Made by a program: the position numbers and the translations under genes | Shown here: piece by piece, positions 21,645 through 29,723 of the stretch | Position numbering within the stretch: the first letter of the stretch is position 1 | Layout: each line of letters opens with the position of its first letter | Notes under the pieces: generated by a model | Told to the model about the DNA's origin: nothing | Databases searched by the model: none | The model's input: the letters and a program-made list of their open reading frames with translations, nothing else | Source of the DNA: Pseudidiomarina andamanensis | GTDB lineage: Bacteria > Pseudomonadota > Gammaproteobacteria > Enterobacterales > Alteromonadaceae | Length of the DNA stretch: 32,000 nt | NCBI RefSeq assembly: GCF_009734345.1 | Contig: NZ_CP032551.1 | Coordinates: forward strand, 2,130,001-2,162,000 | Reading direction: 5' to 3'

Positions 21645-24470
21645 TTACCCTAACATTGGTTTTAAGAAACGTGCGGTATGCGATGCTTCACAAGTCACGA
21701 TATCTTCCGGTGCGCCTGCCGTCAAAATTTCACCACCACCAGAACCGCCTTCAGGGCCTAGATCAATGATCCAATCTGCGGTTTTAATCACGTCAAGGTT
21801 GTGTTCAATAATCACGATGGTGTTGCCGTGGTCGCGCAAACGATGCAAGACAGTTAATAACTGTTGAATATCGTGGAAGTGCAAACCAGTCGTCGGCTCG
21901 TCTAAAATGTACAAGGTCTTGCCGGTGTCTCGCTTCGATAACTCACGCGCCAATTTAACGCGCTGCGCTTCACCGCCTGACAACGTTGTCGCACTTTGAC
22001 CAAGACGAATATAAGACAAACCAACATCGATAAGCGTCTGCAGCTTGCGTGCAATCGCTGGTATCGGTGCAAAAAACTCACGCGCGTCCTCAACGGTCAT
22101 ATCTAACACTTCGTGAATACTCTTGCCTTTGTATTTAATCTCTAAAGTCTCACGGTTATAACGCTTACCCTTACACACATCACAGGGTACATACACGTCT
22201 GGCAAGAAGTGCATCTCTACCTTAATTACACCATCGCCTTGGCACGCCTCACAGCGACCACCACGCACGTTAAAGCTAAATCGACCGACTTTGTACCCAC
22301 GTGAGCGCGCTTCTTCGGTACCAGCGTATAACTCACGAATTGGCGTAAAGATACCGGTATAGGTTGCCGGGTTAGAACGCGGCGTGCGGCCGATAGGGCT
22401 CTGATCAATATCAACCACTTTGTCTAGGAACTGCATGCCATCAATGCTCTCATACGGAGCTGGTTCGTTAGCTGTGGCCTTATTGAGCTCGCGGTGCGCA
22501 ATGCGGAATAGGGTATCGTTAATCAACGTTGACTTGCCGGAGCCGGAAACACCAGTCACACAGGTCATCAGGCCAATTGGGATTTCAGCATTCACATGCT
22601 TTAGGTTATTACCGGTAGCACCATTGAGTTTAACCCAGTGTTTACCGGGCTTATGGCGTTTCGTCGGTACCGCAATTTCTTTACGACCCGATAGGTAATC
22701 GCCCGTTAACGAGTCTTCATTGGTAAGGATTTCTTCATAGTGACCTTGCGCTATCACTTGACCACCATGAACCCCAGCGCCAGGGCCAATATCAATCACG
22801 TGGTCAGCGGCGCGAATCGCATCTTCATCGTGTTCAACCACAATCACGGTATTACCGAGGTCTCGTAAGCGCGTGAGCGTGCTTAATAGACGTTCGTTAT
22901 CGCGTTGATGTAGGCCAATCGACGGCTCATCGAGTACGTACATCACGCCAACCAAACCGGCACCAATTTGCGACGCCAATCGAATACGTTGCGCTTCACC
23001 ACCGGAGAGGGTCTCTGCACTACGTGACAAGCTCAAATAGTTTAAGCCGACGTTGACGAGAAAGCCGAGACGGTCGTTAATTTCTTTCAGAATTTTCTCG
23101 GCTATTTTTGCACGCTGCCCCTCTAGTTCGAGTTCTTGGAAGAACTTCAAGGCATCGCCAATCGAGCGCTCAACCACCTGTGGTAGTGTTGTGTCATTCA
23201 CAAACACGTGCCGGGCTTCTTGGCGTAAACGTGTGCCACCACAACTCTTACATGGCTGCGATGCGAGATATTTCGACAAGTCTTCACGAACGGCCATTGA
23301 GTCGGTTTCGCGATAACGGCGTTGCATATTAGGAATAATCCCTTCAAATGCATGTGTGCGCGCAACACGGTCGCCACGATCGTTCATGTAAGTAAATTCG
23401 ATTTCTTCTTTACCGCTACCAAATAACACGACTTGTTGATGCTTCTCGTCGAGACTTGCAAACGGCTTATTCAGGTCAAACTTGTAGTGACGCGACAGCG
23501 ATTGCAACATTTGATAGTAATAGAAATTACGTTTGTCCCAGCCACGAATAGCACCGCCAGTGAGACTAAGCTCTGGATTAGTGACCACTTTGGCAGGATC
23601 AAAGAATTGTTCAATACCTAAACCATCACACGAGCCACAGGCACCAGCTGGGTTGTTAAACGAGAATAACCGCGGTTCAAGTTCTTGCATGCTGTAGCCA
23701 CAATGCGGGCAGGCGAAGTTAGCTGAGAAGACAATATCTTCAACGCTCGAATCGCCTTCCATCGGCACCACAAGTGCCGTACCACCACTCAACTCAAGGG
23801 CCGTTTCAAACGATTCGGCAAGGCGCAACTCAAGCCCCTCGCGAACTTTAATGCGGTCAACCACCACCTCGATGGTGTGTTTTTTCTGAAGCTCAAGTTT
23901 GGGAGGATCACTCAAGTCACAAAGCTCACCGTCGATGCGGGCTCGAATAAAGCCTTGCGCGGCAAGATTCTCGAGAACCTTGGTGTGCTCACCTTTCCGC
24001 TCTTGAATAATTGGCGCGACAATCATCAATTTTTCGCCTTCTGGTAAGGCAAGTACTTGGTCCACCATTTGCGAAATGGTTTGCGCCGCCAAAGTGACAT
24101 TGTGCGTTGGGCAGCGAGGTTCACCCACGCGCGCAAACATTAAGCGCAAGTAGTCATAAATTTCGGTAATGGTACCGACAGTTGAGCGCGGGTTGTGCGA
24201 TGTTGATTTTTGCTCAATGGAAATCGCCGGCGATAAACCTTCGATGCTGTCGACATCAGGCTTTTCCATTAACGATAAAAACTGGCGTGCATAAGCCGAC
24301 AGTGACTCAACGTAACGACGTTGTCCTTCAGCATATAACGTATCAAAAGCTAACGAAGATTTTCCCGAGCCAGACAGTCCTGTTATGACCACCAATTTGT
24401 CGCGCGGAATGGTCACGTTAATGTTTTTCAGGTTGTGGGTGCGGGCACCGCGGATTTCTATTTTATCCAT
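21645..24470 (-). CDS. uvrA: excinuclease ABC subunit A
   Basis: 941 aa. [17 protein letters not shown]...[34 protein letters not shown]; two ABC ATPase modules ([17 protein letters not shown] x2) and Zn-finger cysteines. Confidence 0.99.
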   Translation of the reverse strand: MDKIEIRGARTHNLKNINVTIPRDKLVVITGLSGSGKSSLAFDTLYAEGQRRYVESLSAYARQFLSLMEKPDVDSIEGLSPAISIEQKSTSHNPRSTVGTITEIYDYLRLMFARVGEPRCPTHNVTLAAQTISQMVDQVLALPEGEKLMIVAPIIQERKGEHTKVLENLAAQGFIRARIDGELCDLSDPPKLELQKKHTIEVVVDRIKVREGLELRLAESFETALELSGGTALVVPMEGDSSVEDIVFSANFACPHCGYSMQELEPRLFSFNNPAGACGSCDGLGIEQFFDPAKVVTNPELSLTGGAIRGWDKRNFYYYQMLQSLSRHYKFDLNKPFASLDEKHQQVVLFGSGKEEIEFTYMNDRGDRVARTHAFEGIIPNMQRRYRETDSMAVREDLSKYLASQPCKSCGGTRLRQEARHVFVNDTTLPQVVERSIGDALKFFQELELEGQRAKIAEKILKEINDRLGFLVNVGLNYLSLSRSAETLSGGEAQRIRLASQIGAGLVGVMYVLDEPSIGLHQRDNERLLSTLTRLRDLGNTVIVVEHDEDAIRAADHVIDIGPGAGVHGGQVIAQGHYEEILTNEDSLTGDYLSGRKEIAVPTKRHKPGKHWVKLNGATGNNLKHVNAEIPIGLMTCVTGVSGSGKSTLINDTLFRIAHRELNKATANEPAPYESIDGMQFLDKVVDIDQSPIGRTPRSNPATYTGIFTPIRELYAGTEEARSRGYKVGRFSFNVRGGRCEACQGDGVIKVEMHFLPDVYVPCDVCKGKRYNRETLEIKYKGKSIHEVLDMTVEDAREFFAPIPAIARKLQTLIDVGLSYIRLGQSATTLSGGEAQRVKLARELSKRDTGKTLYILDEPTTGLHFHDIQQLLTVLHRLRDHGNTIVIIEHNLDVIKTADWIIDLGPEGGSGGGEILTAGAPEDIVTCEASHTARFLKPMLG

Positions 24471-24587
24471 GAGAATTACAACTCTCCGTTGCCAATGACA
24501 AGCAATTGAATGAAACGAGTATTATCGCACAACCGATACCTTCTGGTACAATGGCCAGCGATTTTTTCCTGCAGCAATGAGATTTTC

Positions 24588-25973
24588 ATGCGACAGCAAA
24601 ACCAAGACAATCGACTTACTCCTATTGAGCGGCGCGCCTCTGGTGCTTTAGCTGCTGTGTTTGGATTACGTATGCTCGGGCTGTTTTTGATCATGCCCGT
24701 TATTGCAATTTATGGTCAGCAGTATCCAGATTACACACCTCTGTTAATCGGTTTAGCCATTGGTGCCTATGGTCTAACCCAAGCGTTATTGCAGATTCCG
24801 CTGGGCATGTTGTCTGATCGTATTGGCCGCCGTCCCGTTATTATTGGTGGTTTATTGGTATTTGCTACGGGCAGTTTGGTGGCAGCATGGGCCGATACGC
24901 TCACCGGTGTGATAATCGGTCGTGCGTTGCAGGGTATGGGGGCAATCGCCGCCGCAATTTTGGCTTTGGCTGCCGATATTACACGCGATTCACAGCGGCC
25001 TAAAGTGATGGCCACCATTGGTATGTTTATTGGCTTGTCATTTGCGCTGGCATTAGTGTTAGGACCGTTACTTGGCGCCCAAATTGGTTTGTCTGGATTA
25101 TTCTACTTCACTGCTGTAAGTGCTGTGTTCGGCATTGTGGTGCTGCTTGCTGCAGTTCCGAAGGTTGCACAGAAGTCAGCACGTGGCGATTTGATTCCAT
25201 TGAAAAGTGAGCTGGGCCAACTGTTCAAAGATCCGCAATTGGCAAGATTGAATATTGGCGTGCTAGTTCTTCACTGTGTGCTCACCGCGTTTTTCGTCGT
25301 GGTGCCGTTACAGCTCATGCGCGGCGGATTAGCCGCTGATGACCATGCGTGGTTGTATTTACCAACATTAATTGCATCGTTTGCCTTTATGATTCCGATG
25401 CTGATAAAAGCCGAGCGGCAACGTCAACAGCCGCGCTATTTCCGTGTTGCCATTGGCCTAGTTATATCAGCCGTGGCGGTTATCGTATTTATCCCAGCGC
25501 ATTGGACTTATTTAACTATCGCCGTTGTGCTATTTTTTACTGGTTTTAACTTCCTTGAGGCGACGTTACCAAGCTCGCTGACGCGTTTCGCGCCGGCAGG
25601 ACGCAAGGGCAGTGCCAGCGGAATTTATGCCACATTCCAATTCTTAGGTGCGTTTATTGGCGGTGCTGCCGGCGGGTCAATTTATCAATATTTTGGTTTG
25701 TTAGGTGTTGGGATTTTCTGCACGGTACTGCTAGTATGCTGGTTTGCAATCAGCTTCGGCATGCAGCCGCCGCCACAGCAACAAAGCGTGAGTTTCACTT
25801 TGGGTAAATTGAATGCATCTCAAGCCGATGGTTTAGCCGAACAGTTGAGCCACGTGAACGGGGTAGAAGAAGTTCGCATTGTGGCCGACGAACAAACGGT
25901 GTATTTAAAAGTTCATAAAACTGATTACAATGATTCTGAAATAGAGGCGCACTTAGCGCCGTACCGAACATAA
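24588..25973 (+). CDS. MFS transporter with about 60-aa soluble C-terminal extension
   Basis: Likely start is ATG 24588 ([33 protein letters not shown]...). About 12 hydrophobic segments and the MFS loop motif [11 protein letters not shown]. The C-terminal tail [43 protein letters not shown] is hydrophilic. The track start at 24510 would begin only 39 nt beyond the divergent uvrA ATG (24470), removing most of the shared 117-nt promoter gap. Confidence 0.8.
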   Translation: MRQQNQDNRLTPIERRASGALAAVFGLRMLGLFLIMPVIAIYGQQYPDYTPLLIGLAIGAYGLTQALLQIPLGMLSDRIGRRPVIIGGLLVFATGSLVAAWADTLTGVIIGRALQGMGAIAAAILALAADITRDSQRPKVMATIGMFIGLSFALALVLGPLLGAQIGLSGLFYFTAVSAVFGIVVLLAAVPKVAQKSARGDLIPLKSELGQLFKDPQLARLNIGVLVLHCVLTAFFVVVPLQLMRGGLAADDHAWLYLPTLIASFAFMIPMLIKAERQRQQPRYFRVAIGLVISAVAVIVFIPAHWTYLTIAVVLFFTGFNFLEATLPSSLTRFAPAGRKGSASGIYATFQFLGAFIGGAAGGSIYQYFGLLGVGIFCTVLLVCWFAISFGMQPPPQQQSVSFTLGKLNASQADGLAEQLSHVNGVEEVRIVADEQTVYLKVHKTDYNDSEIEAHLAPYRT

Positions 25974-26008
25974 GCAAGTACTTAAGAAATAGTGAAGGAG
26001 CAGATGGC

Positions 26009-26587
26009 ATGGCCAGTCGCGGCATTAATAAGGTAATTTTAATTGGTAATTTAGGCGCCGATCCAGAAGTGCGCTACACGCAGAATAATACAGCCATCGC
26101 AAACCTTTCAGTTGCCACCAGCGAAACGTGGAAAGACAAGCAAACCGGCGAGCCGCGTGAACAAACCGAGTGGCACCGTTGTGTGGCGTATCGTCGCTTA
26201 GCGGAAATTGCTGGCGAGTACCTGAAAAAGGGTTCAAAAGTTTACGTTGAAGGCCGTTTGCAAACTCGCAAGTGGCAAGGCCAAGATGGCGTTGAACGCT
26301 ACACCACTGAAATTGTTATCAACGATCTGCAAATGCTAGATGGTCGCCCAGGTGGCGGACAAGGTGGCTACGGTGGTGGTCAGCAGTCAGGTGGCTTCGG
26401 TGGTCAGCAAAGCGGTGGCCAAAGCGGTTCACAAGGTGGTCAAGGCCAGGGTGGCTTCGGTGGCGGTCAGCAAGGTGGTCAGCGTCAAGCGCCAGCACAA
26501 AGCTTCAACCAGCAGCCTGCGCAGCAACCACAACAGCAAGAACCCTTCGTTCCTGATCAAGACTTCGACGACGACATTCCGTTCTAA
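26009..26587 (+). CDS. ssb: single-stranded DNA-binding protein
   Basis: [24 protein letters not shown]... OB fold, Gly/Gln-rich linker (GGQQSGG-type repeats), acidic tip [15 protein letters not shown] lies 8 nt upstream. Confidence 0.98.
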   Translation: MASRGINKVILIGNLGADPEVRYTQNNTAIANLSVATSETWKDKQTGEPREQTEWHRCVAYRRLAEIAGEYLKKGSKVYVEGRLQTRKWQGQDGVERYTTEIVINDLQMLDGRPGGGQGGYGGGQQSGGFGGQQSGGQSGSQGGQGQGGFGGGQQGGQRQAPAQSFNQQPAQQPQQQEPFVPDQDFDDDIPF

Positions 26588-26596
26588 CCAGTAGAG

Positions 26597-28645
26597 TTAT
26601 TGCGATCCCAAGTTAACAATCACTTGGTTTCGACCCTTACGTTTGCCTTCATACAGCGCCTGATCCGCGCGTATGAGGGCAACGCTCACGTCAGTATCAT
26701 CCCGTTTAATTTCAGTTACCCCAAAGGTCGCAGTGACTGAAATGAGCAGATCCTTCGTTTTAATTTCGAGTTCAGCAATTCCTTTAAGAAGGGTCTTAAG
26801 CCTTGGCAACGAGGGGTGTAATTCAGTTTGATGAAGCAGCAAAACAAATTCTTCGCCACCGAGTCGAGCGACCACATCAGATGGCCGCATTGATTGTTTC
26901 AGGTATTGAGCGAGAGCTTGCAACACCATATCACCAACGTCATGTCCGTAGTCGTCGTTTATTTTTTTGAAGTGGTCGATATCAATTAGTACTAATGTCG
27001 ACGGATGATTAAATCGCTCGAGGTGGTAATAAGCCAGCTTCGCCTGACTCATAAAGTAGCGTCGGTTGTAGAGCTTCGTTAACTCGTCTGTTTCGCTGAG
27101 TTCTTCTAACTGTGCCTGATACTCTTTTGCTTGCGTAATATCGCGCATGGTGCCGACAAAGTAGTCTTCGTTATTAATTTTTGTGAAGCTGGCGCGTTCG
27201 TGTACCCAACGTAGTTGGCCATCGGCGCGCACAATGCGATGCTCAAGGTTGTATTCGCCTGTCGTTTCGGCTGCAGCTAGGCTGCTATCAAAAAACTCAC
27301 GGTCATCTGGATGCACAAAATTGCGAAAAGCCTCTACCGAGGGTTCTATCGAATTTGGCTCAAGACCAAGAATGTCATAAATTTTGTTCGACCAAAATAG
27401 GTCATCAAAACCAATACGTGATGTCCAATAACCTAACTGGCCTATCTCTTGCGCGCGCTCTAGAGTGATTTGCTTTTGTTCGAGCTCAAGCTCGAGTCTT
27501 TTCTCATCAGTAACATCGAAAATAACACCATGCCAGCTGGTACCGCCGTCAGGCAGACTAATTGGTGTAGCTCTTCCAGAAACCCACTTCTCTCCAACTT
27601 CAGGCAAAATTACTCGGTATTCAGATTCCCACACTGTTTCCTGTTCCGCAGACTTCAATATACTCTCTGTGACGCGCTCAACATCATCAGGATGAACACG
27701 TTTGAAAACGATAGAAGCGTCTTCACGAATTTCCTCAGGAGAGCAGCCATAAATATGGCGTACTCCCTCGCTTGCGTAAGGGAACGAGGCCCGACCATTC
27801 GGATACCACCGGAAGTCATAGATCATGCCAGGGATAGAGCTTGATAGGGCTTCAAGGCGTTCCGCTAAATTGACCGAATCCGTTACATTGATGATAGAAC
27901 CAATAGTCTTTGTCACTCGACCGTTTTCAATAACCGCCCGCATACGTTCTTTCAGCCAGTAATATTGGCCGTCAGCACCACGAATTCGGTAGCGACGCGA
28001 TAATGGAAGCTCCGATGCTGACTTGATCCATTGGCGCAATTTAGGCTGCATGGTCTTCGCATCAACCGGATGAATGGACTCCAGCCACCAGTGAGAAGCA
28101 TTTGTAATGATATCGTCGGCATCGTGAAATAACTCCACGCGCTCTCCATACAAGTGCAATTTATCCGATTCTAAATTCCACACGAAAATAGTTGTCGTTG
28201 AGCTATCAATAATCCGTTGTAAATTCTGTTCTGTCGTTCGCGCTTGTAACTCAGCTTGCTTCTCCGCAGTAATGTCAAAATGCATGCCCACCATCCATTC
28301 TGGCTTTCCATCAGAGGTCCATGAGATGACACGACCGGTATCACGAATCCACACCCAATTGCCGTTCTTGTGTCGCATGCGAGCATCGCATCGATAGGTG
28401 GGCACCTTGCCGCTAAAGTGCAGTTCAAGCTGGGCTGCAGAATTCTCGAGATCATCGGGATGACTAAGGAATTGCCAGGTGGCTATTGAAATAGGCGCTA
28501 ACTCATCGAGTGTATAGCCGACAATAGCGGCCCACATTTCATTAAAATGAGTCTCACCGGTTTGAATATTCCACTTCCAAGTGCCAGCCCCAGAGCTATC
28601 AATTATCGCTTCTAATTCATCAAGCGGATTGGTGATATTTCTCAT
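26597..28645 (-). CDS. cytoplasmic sensor diguanylate cyclase: four PAS/PAC domains plus GGDEF domain (GGEEF active site, RxxD I-site)
   Basis: 682 aa. Four repeats of the PAS/PAC pattern (...HPDD...W..W....) followed by DELTKLYNRRYF...RPSDVVARLGGEEFVLL. RPSD sits 5 residues before GGEEF, the spacing of the allosteric I-site. Confidence 0.85.
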   Translation of the reverse strand: MRNITNPLDELEAIIDSSGAGTWKWNIQTGETHFNEMWAAIVGYTLDELAPISIATWQFLSHPDDLENSAAQLELHFSGKVPTYRCDARMRHKNGNWVWIRDTGRVISWTSDGKPEWMVGMHFDITAEKQAELQARTTEQNLQRIIDSSTTTIFVWNLESDKLHLYGERVELFHDADDIITNASHWWLESIHPVDAKTMQPKLRQWIKSASELPLSRRYRIRGADGQYYWLKERMRAVIENGRVTKTIGSIINVTDSVNLAERLEALSSSIPGMIYDFRWYPNGRASFPYASEGVRHIYGCSPEEIREDASIVFKRVHPDDVERVTESILKSAEQETVWESEYRVILPEVGEKWVSGRATPISLPDGGTSWHGVIFDVTDEKRLELELEQKQITLERAQEIGQLGYWTSRIGFDDLFWSNKIYDILGLEPNSIEPSVEAFRNFVHPDDREFFDSSLAAAETTGEYNLEHRIVRADGQLRWVHERASFTKINNEDYFVGTMRDITQAKEYQAQLEELSETDELTKLYNRRYFMSQAKLAYYHLERFNHPSTLVLIDIDHFKKINDDYGHDVGDMVLQALAQYLKQSMRPSDVVARLGGEEFVLLLHQTELHPSLPRLKTLLKGIAELEIKTKDLLISVTATFGVTEIKRDDTDVSVALIRADQALYEGKRKGRNQVIVNLGSQ

Positions 28646-28784
28646 AATGACTCACTTTGTTCTTTATTTCGTCTTAATCTAAACTAAATTAATCGCAATT
28701 GAAAAGATTTATGTCGGACGTACCGATATTGTCGTAGTATAACTATTGTTAGGCAGCAAGCTTGGCAGCTCGAGGAGTAAATAC

Positions 28785-29723
28785 GTGACGAGACGGTTTT
28801 GGGTCATATCGCTGAGTATTTTTATGGTATTTGGCTGTCAACCTCAACACGAACCAATTAACGTGGTCGGCAATTCGTGGCTTGGCTACCAGCCAATATA
28901 TGCACAATATAAATTGCACCCCGAACAACAACCACCAGGTATTCACATTACCATGCTGGTTTCCGATATTAGTGTTGTTCGCATGCTTACGAATCAGGCA
29001 GCAAGTGTCGCTATGCTGAGTTTAGATAATGCTATTAGCCTAAATTCAAGAACTAATCTCGATTTATGCATTGCTTTGGTAATGTCGAGTTCTGATGGTG
29101 CCGACGCTGTTCTTGCGAGCCCAAATTTTCTGCCAATGCTTTCAAAAGACCTGCCTATACGTGTGGGTATGGAAGATAGTGCTTTGGCACGCTATGTCGT
29201 GTCGCGCTGGATTGAGAAAAAAGCTATAGATGAGACGCGACTGCAACGTCATATTTTACTTCCTCCAGGTCACTCATCAGCATTAAAAAACGATGACGTT
29301 GATGTCATTGCAACCTATGCGCCTTTCACCCAAACCTTAAAAGAGCAGGGTGCTGAAGTTATTTTCTCAAGTCAGGAAATACCCGACGAAATTATTGATA
29401 CGATTGTGATAAGACAAGATGTCTGGCTAACCCACAAAGAACGTCTACAGGCGTTTATCACGGATTCTTGGGATACCGCTTTAAGTGAGGCTCAAACACC
29501 GAATTCTGATGTGTTTAAAGCAATGATGAAGCTATCTAATTTATCTGAGAACGAACTATCTCAGACGATGGCGCAATTGAAGTTTTATGACTCACAACGT
29601 AGCCGAGAGTTTTTAGCTACGCGCTACGCCGAGGTTAGCAATATTGTTAGTAATCATCTTGCGGAAGCCGGTTTGTTTACTGCGCCACGGTCGCTACCGA
29701 TCTGTGATGGTGTGTTGCAATGA
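28785..29723 (+). CDS. lipoprotein, periplasmic solute-binding protein (NMT1/TauA/NitT-like by eye)
   Basis: GTG 28785 preceded by GAGGAG (28772-28777). N-terminus VTRRFWVISLSIFMVFGC has a lipobox-like VFGC. The mature part VVGNSWLGYQPIYAQY... resembles the nitrate/sulfonate/bicarbonate SBP fold. The track start (TTG 28746) is less likely. Confidence 0.6.
   Translation: MTRRFWVISLSIFMVFGCQPQHEPINVVGNSWLGYQPIYAQYKLHPEQQPPGIHITMLVSDISVVRMLTNQAASVAMLSLDNAISLNSRTNLDLCIALVMSSSDGADAVLASPNFLPMLSKDLPIRVGMEDSALARYVVSRWIEKKAIDETRLQRHILLPPGHSSALKNDDVDVIATYAPFTQTLKEQGAEVIFSSQEIPDEIIDTIVIRQDVWLTHKERLQAFITDSWDTALSEAQTPNSDVFKAMMKLSNLSENELSQTMAQLKFYDSQRSREFLATRYAEVSNIVSNHLAEAGLFTAPRSLPICDGVLQ

Noticed and set aside
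24543-24558. Possible LexA (SOS) box CTGGTACAATGGCCAG in the uvrA/MFS divergent region
   Set aside because: It has the CTG-N10-CAG spacing and overlaps the extended -10, but matches only about 8 of 16 positions of the gammaproteobacterial CTGTATATATATACAG consensus and lacks the conserved T4/A13. That is too weak to call without a genome-specific LexA model.
26340-26594. 84-aa alternative-frame ORF ([13 protein letters not shown]...)
   Set aside because: It is the out-of-frame reading of the Gly/Gln-rich GGTGGTCAGCA-type repeats in the ssb linker. The ssb frame ends with the diagnostic DDDIPF.
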